From a virus (taxonomy: Duplodnaviria; Caudoviricetes), in IMG/VR virus record IMGVR_UViG_3300030329_003894, positions 1 to 52,579 of that record: a DNA stretch of 52,579 nt, one strand, 5' to 3'. This document shows, one piece after another, positions 44,300 through 52,579 of the stretch (positions within the stretch are counted from its first letter, which is position 1; each line of letters opens with the position of its first letter). The notes below the pieces were generated by a model. It did no database searches and was not told the DNA's origin. It worked only from the letters and a program-made list of their open reading frames with translations. The translations under genes were made by a program, and so were the position numbers.

Positions 44300-45730
44300 T
44301 TAAGAAAACTTAAGAACTGCGTGAGTTTCAGGGAGACTAATTTCAAGCCCAGCTTCAGTCAGAACCATATCTTGTCTGCCGTCAATGCCGTTATCTTGCA
44401 CATTAGTTTCTATCATAGTATCTCGACTAATACCATTACCCACTAGTGGTCTATATGCTACATTTTTCATATCAACTGCTGCACAATAATCTTCCCAAGG
44501 ACCTCTAAGTAGAGGGTCAGCAATAAAATGTAAATTACCAAAAATAGTATTTACCATTGTTACTTGATGACCAAATGAACCCTTAATGTTTTGTACATCT
44601 AATCGATATTGAGATGAACCTACAGAGTTATTTAAGAAAGAACCATTACCTAGCTTATTAAGATAAGTAATAACTTTTCTAGAACAAAGAACTAACTTAT
44701 TTCCAGAGTTTCCACCTTCAGGTGCAAAGAAATCTTCCATTGCATCTAAGAAAGCATCATATCCAGAAGAAGCATAAGACATGTTATATACCTTACCATA
44801 AGATTCTGCATAAGGTAAAATACCCCAACTGTATCTAGTAGAAGCAGTCCCTGCAGTACCTTCTATAGCAGAAGTAGTATAACCAGTTCCAAACAACATA
44901 GCATGCTCAATGTCCATTTTATGTTCCATTAGCTTATCTTGCCATATTCTTTGAAACTCATTTTTAACTCCTCTATATTCTGTAGCAAGAGAAGTTCCAG
45001 AGAATATATTCATACCAGTTTTGAATATCTGGCAATATCCTTCTCTATCAAACAACTTATCTTCCCAACCTACAGGAGAATCAGTTCCTTCAGCCCATGC
45101 ACTACCAATTACCTGACCTTTATTTCCACCTGCAAATGATTCACCTACTGCTACATCATTTAATGGAGTTAAAGATTCTGATGTAATTACAGTACTTAAA
45201 TCACTTGAATGCTCTAAGTGTTTTATTCCTACTGCATTCATATCACCATCACTATAATTACTTGTAGTAGTAGTTACGTCAGCACTCTCACTGATTTTAA
45301 ATCTTCGAACAGTGCCATCATCATTAGCTACAGCTATAACTTGACCTGGAAGAATAAAATAGCAAGGATTATTAGCAGAAGTGACTTTACCATATTTATC
45401 ATAATTACATGATATATATAAATCAGCACCAGCATCTGCTGTTGTTCCTGCTGTTTCCGCACCAGTATCCCATGCTGCGCTTGTTACTGCTGTATCTACT
45501 TCGAATGTACGTCTTTGCCACTGATGTCTTTGCTCAAGAAACTTGAACACTGGGTCATTAGTGGGCTTTTTTGCCACCTTATTTAAATATACGAAGAAAG
45601 GACTTTGCTGAGGAGCAAGTTCGGCAACCCTATCACCAAAATCAAACTTTCTACGCGTATTATCTAAGGAAGCTGTCCAGGATTGTCCCTGTGACGGATT
45701 ATTTGCGTATAATGTACTTGCTGTTGCCAC
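44300..45730 (-). CDS. Major capsid protein (HK97 fold, DUF5309-like)
   Basis: PQQSPF, YCQIFKT, HKMDIEHAMLFG, EAGLEI..PETHAV; follows portal and scaffold; GTG start with AAGGAG. Confidence 0.88.
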   Translation of the reverse strand: MATASTLYANNPSQGQSWTASLDNTRRKFDFGDRVAELAPQQSPFFVYLNKVAKKPTNDPVFKFLEQRHQWQRRTFEVDTAVTSAAWDTGAETAGTTADAGADLYISCNYDKYGKVTSANNPCYFILPGQVIAVANDDGTVRRFKISESADVTTTTSNYSDGDMNAVGIKHLEHSSDLSTVITSESLTPLNDVAVGESFAGGNKGQVIGSAWAEGTDSPVGWEDKLFDREGYCQIFKTGMNIFSGTSLATEYRGVKNEFQRIWQDKLMEHKMDIEHAMLFGTGYTTSAIEGTAGTASTRYSWGILPYAESYGKVYNMSYASSGYDAFLDAMEDFFAPEGGNSGNKLVLCSRKVITYLNKLGNGSFLNNSVGSSQYRLDVQNIKGSFGHQVTMVNTIFGNLHFIADPLLRGPWEDYCAAVDMKNVAYRPLVGNGISRDTMIETNVQDNGIDGRQDMVLTEAGLEISLPETHAVLKFS

Positions 45731-45790
45731 AATAATCTCTCCTTAAATTAACCCTCTCTCAGCTGTCGTGAGACCTTCGAGTAGGGCTGG

Positions 45791-46735
45791 TTACCACGGA
45801 TTTTTACTTTTAAAATCCGCTATCATATTATCCATAATCTTGTCAGATTCACTTCTCGCATCATTGCCTTGGCCTTGACCCGTCTGAACCCCCATCGGAG
45901 ATGGAATTTGTTGAGCTCTTTGAGTTTGTTGAAACTCAGGACTCGGGCCAGTATTTTGGGCTGGTTGACCTTGACCTTTCTGCAATCTATAAAGCTGAAC
46001 TAGATTATCTAAAGACAATGAATTAGGGTCAGACATCTGTTGAATAAACTCTTGGGCATCGCTATCATCAAATCCATAATGACCTTGTAGATGTTGTGAA
46101 ACCCCTTGCATTTGCTGTTGTTGTTGAGCATATGCTTGTTGTCTCTGTATTTCATCTTGCCTTATTTTTTCTTGAGCATCAAGTCTCTCTTGCATTTGTG
46201 CAACAGTATACTCTTGCTTAAGACTGTTATATTCAACCATATCATCACGCCATGATTCATAATCTTCTAAATACCTAGCACTTTCACTATTGGGGTCAGC
46301 ATAAGCTTCCTCTCTATTAAAAGTTCTAGGCTTATTGGGCTTGTCTGGGGGTGCAGGAAATTGTTCAACTGGTTCTTGTGAAGGTTGCTGTTGCATAGCT
46401 TGCATAGCATTAACTTGCGCTTGCAATTCTTCATATTTTTTTTGAGAATTAGCTAATTCATTTTGAGTTTTCGAAGCTTGACTTTGCCAATATTCAAATC
46501 TTCTCTCATCATTTTTAGCATTATACTCTTGTGCCTGCTCTTGTATAGGAGCAGTTTCGGGTGTTCCCTCTACTGGGGAAGCCTCGTCTTGAACCTGTTC
46601 AGTATCCTGGCCGCCAAAAAAAGCATCCTCAACTGACGTAGTATTAGAGTCCTCTGTAGGCCATGGTCCTTCAAACGCCTGATTAGAGTCGTTAGGATTA
46701 GCACTTTGAGGAGTGTCTATATTATTATCTGTCAT
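45791..46735 (-). CDS. Scaffolding protein
   Basis: Acidic/Gln-rich coiled coil between portal and MCP. Confidence 0.7.
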   Translation of the reverse strand: MTDNNIDTPQSANPNDSNQAFEGPWPTEDSNTTSVEDAFFGGQDTEQVQDEASPVEGTPETAPIQEQAQEYNAKNDERRFEYWQSQASKTQNELANSQKKYEELQAQVNAMQAMQQQPSQEPVEQFPAPPDKPNKPRTFNREEAYADPNSESARYLEDYESWRDDMVEYNSLKQEYTVAQMQERLDAQEKIRQDEIQRQQAYAQQQQQMQGVSQHLQGHYGFDDSDAQEFIQQMSDPNSLSLDNLVQLYRLQKGQGQPAQNTGPSPEFQQTQRAQQIPSPMGVQTGQGQGNDARSESDKIMDNMIADFKSKNPW

Positions 46736-48951
46736 TTCTTTTTACTCGCTTTCGACTTGCTCTTCTTGCCGCCTGAAGAGGTGGAAGTCTTATCTTTAAT
46801 TGAATCAGCGACATCTCGCTTGATTACGGCCATATTGTCGTCAAGTCGTTTTTCATAAATAGAACCTGCAGCTTTTGCTTTATTGCTAACCTGGTCAAGT
46901 TCTGTTTTAAACTTCTCAACTTCAATTCTTTTTCTTAGGTTGACAGACTCTCTATCCCTTGTCTGTAAGTCACCTTTTAATTTTTTAACCTCTTCGGTAG
47001 CCTGTTGTAATTGTGCTTGCAGCTGACCAACTTGGTCTGTTCTCTGGAGTACTCCTTCCATATCAAATACTTCAGTCTTTTTAAGCACTTCAACTCTATC
47101 AACAATACCTTTTTGATATGCATCCATATAAAATTCTAACTCTGCATATCTATTAGAAGGTAATGTGCTACCTGCTAGATAAATTACATCATATTTACCA
47201 ACTGTAATATCATTAAATATCATTATTTCACCTGTTTTATCATCAACAAGCTTTTTATTTATAACATATTCACTTAATGAATTATTAGGTTGTATGACTC
47301 TAAATACTTTTTCTGTTGTATATAACTCTTGCATAAGAGCTACTGCAACTTGTCCAATCTTTGTTAAACCAGCTTCTATATCAGCTAATTTAGATTTAAT
47401 TTTTCTTTGCCCAAACTCATCTAAACTTATTGTAGCTTTATAAGTTTGAGGAGCTGCTTGTGTATTACCCATCATCATTTCATATAATCCTAATTGATGG
47501 TCAATATCCTGTTTAGCAACCTGTTCACCATTATATAATTCATTAGGTAGTGGAGAGGGTTGAACAGGCATAGGTGCTCCATCTGTTGGGTCATAAGGTA
47601 TCGCCACTCCTGGCTGAGCCCATTTCTGTTCAAACTCATTCATATCTACACTGCCTTCAGGCACTAATATTTTAGTATTTGTACTTGTTGTTGCATGAGC
47701 AACTATTAAAGAACGCATTTTATTAATATATTCTTGTAACCCCTTTATCATTCTTACATCCGACTGTGGATAAGGAGTTCTTGTGTGTAAACTCATAAAA
47801 GGTACAATTGGGTATTTATCTGTTGGCAATTCTCTGCTATATAAATGTTTATCTCCCATTATTACACACATTTGCACTCTTGATACTTGGACAGTTACCA
47901 TTTGTATTAATTTTCTAGCTATTAGTTCACCAAATGTTAATTGCTCAACTTCCATTTTTTGTGGAGGCATAGGCATTTCAGCACTTTCATCTAATCCCAT
48001 AGTATTCATACTAGCTTGCATTTGAGCTTCATGTTGTTGTCTAATTTGTTCAAATTGAACCATCATCTGTTGCGCTTGTTTCTCATCAGATATAACTTGA
48101 CCATTAATTATCCAAGCAGGTTTTTGCACATATTCTTCAAATTCTGATTCATCCAATAGATGTTCTTTCTTACTAAAGGTTTCAAAAATCCTATATCTAT
48201 CTACTATAGTTTTATAATATCTTTCATATCCTCTGAGATATTCAGTATTCACTGTTCTATCAATATCTTCTGGAAAATGAGTAGCTAAATCATTAGCTCT
48301 TCCAGTTTCTGGCCTATCATGGTCGAAATCGGCTGTATTATTTTGAGCATTTTTAATAGCTTTATCATACATAGGATACAAAGCAGCTGCTTGGTCTCTA
48401 GTAAACAATCTAGATATTATTATATTTTCCGCATCTTCAAAAAACTTATCCCTACTATTAGGGTCTACATATACATCAAGAGGGTCTACATCATGCATGC
48501 AAACCTCTCCCTTGCCCATATCCATCATTGGGTCTTGATATACATGGATATATCCTAATCCCATAACATAATAGTCATCAATCATTTGACGAACTACTGT
48601 TCTGCCATCAGATATATCATACATATAGGCTAGCATAGCACTAAGTACCTGTGCAACCTGATTATCAGAATCTTCTCTAGGGGCAACCCTAAAAGCTGGT
48701 CGATTAGCTGACATCATAGATTTAGCAGCTTCAACTGCAGGATGAACTCTATTAACAACTAAAGGAGCCTGTCCTCTAGCTTTAAGAATTTCCTCTTGTT
48801 CTTCCGTCCATTGTCTGCCTAATCTAAATTCTTTATCTTCTTTAGCATGCTCTGCCCAAGCATCTCGCTTATCGCCATATCTCTTCCAAAGGTCTAAAGT
48901 TTCATCTACTAAAGGTTTGCCTGAAAGTTTCTTTTTTGCGCTATATGCCAT
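46732..48951 (-). CDS. Portal protein (P22-like)
   Basis: EDKEFRLGRQW...RGQAPLVVNRV, DPLDVYVDP, YPIVPF, LQEYINKMRS. Confidence 0.9.
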   Translation of the reverse strand: MAYSAKKKLSGKPLVDETLDLWKRYGDKRDAWAEHAKEDKEFRLGRQWTEEQEEILKARGQAPLVVNRVHPAVEAAKSMMSANRPAFRVAPREDSDNQVAQVLSAMLAYMYDISDGRTVVRQMIDDYYVMGLGYIHVYQDPMMDMGKGEVCMHDVDPLDVYVDPNSRDKFFEDAENIIISRLFTRDQAAALYPMYDKAIKNAQNNTADFDHDRPETGRANDLATHFPEDIDRTVNTEYLRGYERYYKTIVDRYRIFETFSKKEHLLDESEFEEYVQKPAWIINGQVISDEKQAQQMMVQFEQIRQQHEAQMQASMNTMGLDESAEMPMPPQKMEVEQLTFGELIARKLIQMVTVQVSRVQMCVIMGDKHLYSRELPTDKYPIVPFMSLHTRTPYPQSDVRMIKGLQEYINKMRSLIVAHATTSTNTKILVPEGSVDMNEFEQKWAQPGVAIPYDPTDGAPMPVQPSPLPNELYNGEQVAKQDIDHQLGLYEMMMGNTQAAPQTYKATISLDEFGQRKIKSKLADIEAGLTKIGQVAVALMQELYTTEKVFRVIQPNNSLSEYVINKKLVDDKTGEIMIFNDITVGKYDVIYLAGSTLPSNRYAELEFYMDAYQKGIVDRVEVLKKTEVFDMEGVLQRTDQVGQLQAQLQQATEEVKKLKGDLQTRDRESVNLRKRIEVEKFKTELDQVSNKAKAAGSIYEKRLDDNMAVIKRDVADSIKDKTSTSSGGKKSKSKASKKK

Positions 48952-48956
48952 TTCGA

Positions 48957-48986
48957 AATTTAACTCCTACATTGTCAACCAATCAA
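48957..48986 (-). promoter_or_regulatory. Putative promoter directly ahead of the portal start (possibly leaderless)
   Basis: TTGATT-N18-TAAATT, with the ATG 6 nt downstream. Confidence 0.4.
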
Positions 48987-50463
48987 GGAATTTCTTTTTC
49001 TTCTTTTTATCATATTTCTTTTCATCGTATTCTGCTAATCTACAAGGCTTAGCGCCATCTAATGCTGTCCATACTGCATCCATGACATCATCATGCTTTC
49101 CTCGTGGATAAGAAAGAAATTCTTGCTGTGGTTTTATGTCTTCTGGTCTAAAGTAAAATTGTTTTCTTGCGAACATAGGCACCATTGATAGTAATCGCTC
49201 TGATTTCCTTGTTCTGGGCTTAACACCTTTCTCTAATCCTGGTATGTATAAACCCTTTTCTTTCATTATATCTCGTACACCTACTCTTAATGCCTCCTGA
49301 TATCCAGTTGTTTCTATTTTCATTCGTCTGGGTTTGTACTTCATATATTTATCTATTATCAGACCTGGCTGCTTAGATGGTGTAATTCTTTCTCTTACAA
49401 TATCTATTACATATTTATTATTTTCGTTATCAATACCTATAGTAGCAATGCAGAAATAGTCTGCTCTTGCAGATAGAGATGATGCAGGGTCTACCCCACT
49501 ATACACCTCTACTGGTATTATTGTTTCTTTATCTTCTATTTTTTGTACCATTACTCCTTGCCCATTGCGAATTTCATAATCATAATGATGTAATTGTATC
49601 CATTCAGGTTTAAATGGAGCATTATCAGGAGATTGGGCTATATTCATGTATTCTTGGTAAAATCCATTTAAATTACCAATACTAGCAAATTCATCCTTTA
49701 TTTGCAAAATCCTCTCCCTAGGAAACCTTTCTGGCCATAAACTCTTTTCATCATCGTCCCAAATAGAATACCACAATACTTTCCAGGCTTTACTCTCTTT
49801 AATCCAATAAAGAAAGCAATCCTCTGATATAACCGTACCAATCATTACTAATTTACCATCATCAGACAAAGATGGTATAACAGCTTCAGTCATCCACTTC
49901 TTGTTCTTAGCACGAGCTTCTGGAGTGAAAGCATTAAGCTCAGACTCGAAATCATCTACTATAATTAGATTAGGACGAGTATCTCCTTCAATAAAACCCC
50001 TAACTCTCTGTCCTGTGCCCACAGCTATGATTCTAGTACCATTAGCTAGTATAACATCGTTATTAGTCCATCTCTTTGCAGTTTCGGGCCCCATTTCTCC
50101 AAATAGCTCTCTAAATGTATCGGAGTGTCCTAAATGGTACTTTATCCTAGATAAGAAGTTAATCGACTGGGTTTGTGATTCTGATATAATAACAATAAAC
50201 AGGTCTTCATCACTTCTCTTAAAAGCAGCTTTCCATAGAGGGTATATTAAGGAAGTAGTAGTACTTTTAGCAGTGCCACGAGGGGCCGCTATTGCGACCC
50301 TTCGTTGCTCGTTATCGGATAAGGACTTGTATATATTGAAGTGGAAAGGAGGTATCTCCTTTCGGAGGGCTGTTGGGAAGCAGTACCTTCCAAACAATGC
50401 CATATTATTATATAACTTCTTTAACGCCTGCTGTTGAGCATAACGTTCTTCATAATCACTCAT
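48967..50463 (-). CDS. terL: Terminase large subunit
   Basis: Walker A APRGTAKS, Walker B IIVDDFE, nuclease GVDPA and HDDVMDA. Confidence 0.93.
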   Translation of the reverse strand: MSDYEERYAQQQALKKLYNNMALFGRYCFPTALRKEIPPFHFNIYKSLSDNEQRRVAIAAPRGTAKSTTTSLIYPLWKAAFKRSDEDLFIVIISESQTQSINFLSRIKYHLGHSDTFRELFGEMGPETAKRWTNNDVILANGTRIIAVGTGQRVRGFIEGDTRPNLIIVDDFESELNAFTPEARAKNKKWMTEAVIPSLSDDGKLVMIGTVISEDCFLYWIKESKAWKVLWYSIWDDDEKSLWPERFPRERILQIKDEFASIGNLNGFYQEYMNIAQSPDNAPFKPEWIQLHHYDYEIRNGQGVMVQKIEDKETIIPVEVYSGVDPASSLSARADYFCIATIGIDNENNKYVIDIVRERITPSKQPGLIIDKYMKYKPRRMKIETTGYQEALRVGVRDIMKEKGLYIPGLEKGVKPRTRKSERLLSMVPMFARKQFYFRPEDIKPQQEFLSYPRGKHDDVMDAVWTALDGAKPCRLAEYDEKKYDKKKKKKFLDWLTM

Positions 50464-51214
50464 CTAATTCTTTGGTAGTTGTTCTAGAAGCTGCTATATG
50501 TGATTCCTCTTTAGTAATATCATCTATCATAGATATAGACTTAGATTCTATCTTGTCTACAGTCTTTTCCATATACTTCTCTTTCATGCCATGCATATCC
50601 TGAAGATTCTCTACAGCACGCATCATACTAGGAACATCCTTCTTAGTTTTAGCTACCTTAATTGCATCTTCTAGTAAATCAAGAGTATACTTCTCTGTTA
50701 AACCATGTTCATGCAATAAATTCTGCAATTCTTCTCGTACCATCTTTTTAAAGACCTCCGATTTCATTGTTCGTTTCCATTTACGCCTTTGAGACTGTGT
50801 TACCGCCCCTATGGCCCATTCTATAGCCAAATCATAATCTGGCTTTAATGCAAACATTTGTGCAAGATTCTTCATTTTGTCTTGCCCAGCTTGTACTTCT
50901 ATATAACTCTTACCTGTAAAGGTTACATTTGTTTTGCGACCAGCGACCACAAGTTTTTTAGAACTATACTTAGGATTATAAAAGGTATAGCCCCAAGGAA
51001 AACGCATATATACGCTGTCGCGCCCAGCATCTGAAGTATATGTCCTCTTTGAGATAACTTTTGAAACATAGTCATCATCAGAGATTGCATATTCTCCTTC
51101 TTGGGCTTTTTTCCAGTGTTTGAAGTCAATTCCCTTATCCTCTGCTTCGTTTTTTCGATATACTGTATAAGTAACCTTGCCTTGGTTCTTATGATTTATG
51201 TCTATATCATACAT
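50456..51214 (-). CDS. Probable terminase small subunit
   Basis: Immediately upstream of terL; helical C-terminal oligomerisation-like region; call rests on context. Confidence 0.5.
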   Translation of the reverse strand: MYDIDINHKNQGKVTYTVYRKNEAEDKGIDFKHWKKAQEGEYAISDDDYVSKVISKRTYTSDAGRDSVYMRFPWGYTFYNPKYSSKKLVVAGRKTNVTFTGKSYIEVQAGQDKMKNLAQMFALKPDYDLAIEWAIGAVTQSQRRKWKRTMKSEVFKKMVREELQNLLHEHGLTEKYTLDLLEDAIKVAKTKKDVPSMMRAVENLQDMHGMKEKYMEKTVDKIESKSISMIDDITKEESHIAASRTTTKELDE

Positions 51215-51852
51215 TAATATGTAAATGCACTCTCTGTCCTATTATAATCAGCCATAGTATCATTTATAGCTTTATTTTTAAATGATTTAGCATATTTAGC
51301 TCCTGCTGCAACAGCGCCTAAAGCTTGATTCTCTGGATTCCTTAATAATTCCATTAATTGAGCATCATCCATACCAAATAAGTCTTCAGCGCTATATCCA
51401 GTTAATTCTGTCGCTTTGGGTCCCCAATATGCTGTAGAAGGATTAGAAACACCACCTTCCTGGGTAGCTGTAACTAAGTCTCTAAGAGTAGAAGGCTCTA
51501 CTTGAAAATAAGATGACCCAGGGCCACCGCCCATTTGGGCTAATTCTGGGTTACCACTAATTGCATTAGACTCATGAAACCCAGTATGATAAAGTAAATT
51601 AGCAAAATCTCTAGGATTCATACCAGTTTCTGATTGACTAAAGGCGGATGCACCCCTTTGAGCTAAATCCATTAACATAGGATTTATAGGTTGTTCCATT
51701 TCTGATTGAAATTTAGCCATTTTATCGGGATTTTGTGTAGTTTGATAGTGTTCTCCCCATAATTGAGCCATTTGGTTATAATTAGATGGATTATCGTTAT
51801 CACTAACATTATAAACCTGCTGTTCCATTGGATTTAAATTCTTATCTGCCAT
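51214..51852 (-). CDS. Lysozyme-fold / lytic transglycosylase-like protein
   Basis: TGFHES...QMGGGPGSSYFQVEPST: catalytic-Glu helix plus GxxQ-type motif. Confidence 0.55.
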   Translation of the reverse strand: MADKNLNPMEQQVYNVSDNDNPSNYNQMAQLWGEHYQTTQNPDKMAKFQSEMEQPINPMLMDLAQRGASAFSQSETGMNPRDFANLLYHTGFHESNAISGNPELAQMGGGPGSSYFQVEPSTLRDLVTATQEGGVSNPSTAYWGPKATELTGYSAEDLFGMDDAQLMELLRNPENQALGAVAAGAKYAKSFKNKAINDTMADYNRTESAFTY

Positions 51853-51853
51853 A

Positions 51854-51958
51854 TTAAGTACCAGTTGAATGCATAGGATTGCCTACACTATTTGTAAACC
51901 TATTTGCAAGTCTTTTCTTTCTTTTTTTTCTACGTTCTTTTAATTTTTTATCTGCCAT
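51854..51958 (-). CDS. 34-aa basic peptide
   Basis: AGGAG RBS; MADKKLKERRKKRKKRLANRFTNSVGNPMHSTGT*. Confidence 0.6.
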   Translation of the reverse strand: MADKKLKERRKKRKKRLANRFTNSVGNPMHSTGT

Positions 51959-51966
51959 ATTATCTC

Positions 51967-52410
51967 CTAAGGTACATCATCTATTATAGCTGCAACATCG
52001 CAAACTGATGTTCCAGTATTTGTTATAGCTAATAATTCCTCAACTTCGCATTGAAGTTGTCCAAACCAAGCTTTCCCATTAGGAATAATTATTGCATCCC
52101 TTGAGGAAGTAGTAACTGTAGTGCCATCTAATGTTAAGTATACAGTATTTGAGCCATTATTCTTTATATATAGAAATTTAACTATATCCGTACCCGCTGT
52201 AATAGTATCGTGTGCAGTGCCAATAGCTTCTTCGCTAATAAAAGACCCTGATATAAGTATTGTACTCGTATTAGATACTGTTGTGTTCTTATAATACCAC
52301 TTCTCAGTAGCATCTGCGGGAGTATATCCAGCTGATAGGCTAGTTAAAGCCTTAGATATCTCATCAGGTAATATTGTAGCACTAAATGTTATTGTAGCAT
52401 CATCAGCCAT
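51967..52410 (-). CDS. Beta-rich putative virion protein
   Basis: T/S-rich; FLYIKNNG..TVYL pattern. Confidence 0.6.
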   Translation of the reverse strand: MADDATITFSATILPDEISKALTSLSAGYTPADATEKWYYKNTTVSNTSTILISGSFISEEAIGTAHDTITAGTDIVKFLYIKNNGSNTVYLTLDGTTVTTSSRDAIIIPNGKAWFGQLQCEVEELLAITNTGTSVCDVAAIIDDVP

Positions 52411-52577
52411 TAAAAGGCACCATATGTTTCATCCATTAATCTCATACCCTCAGCATGAGCTCTTGCATCAGCTTGAGCTTTTCTGGCCTTTTGAGTAAGT
52501 TCTCTAGCTTTTTTCATTGCTGCTCTATGTTTCTTAAAAGCTTGCTTTCTCATGCCCATTCCAGCACGAGCCATATA
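52410..52577 (-). CDS. 3' part of the junction-spanning 171-aa protein (in-frame internal ATG at 52574)
   Basis: MARAGMGMRKQAFKKH...MDETYGAF*; stop overlaps the next start. Confidence 0.7.
   Translation of the reverse strand, partial: YMARAGMGMRKQAFKKHRAAMKKARELTQKARKAQADARAHAEGMRLMDETYGAF
52480..52577. repeat. Terminal direct repeat, copy 2
   Basis: Identical to 1-98. Confidence 0.95.
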
Positions 52578-52579
52578 CC

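Noticed and set aside
15486-50603. Numerous short + strand ORFs inside the late region (e.g. 49901-50437)
   Set aside because: Antisense shadows of long, motif-bearing - strand genes

Overview
This window looks like a complete, AT-rich, apparently lytic tailed-phage genome with a podovirus-type architecture. Bases 1-98 repeat at 52480-52577, giving a circle of about 52,479 bp, and one ORF reads through the junction. The + strand (1.6-14.8 kb) carries early and replication genes. The - strand carries packaging, head, tail, lysis and ejection genes. Three things stand out. (1) An early four-gene cassette has the hallmarks of a complete ubiquitin-like conjugation pathway: a Ubl precursor ending TGG|CAVVLS, an E2-like protein, a JAB/JAMM protease and an E1/ThiF enzyme. 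(2) A 3076-aa virion protein carries a two-barrel RNA polymerase catalytic signature (RVP...GGADLDGD) and a SLOG-like domain, consistent with a crAss/phi14:2-type virion RNAP. (3) A dense run of long, partly G-U-supported stem-loops fills the non-coding early region (0.84-4 kb). I found no DNA polymerase, integrase, tRNA or CRISPR array. All calls come from reading motifs and gene context by eye; no database search or folding program was run.
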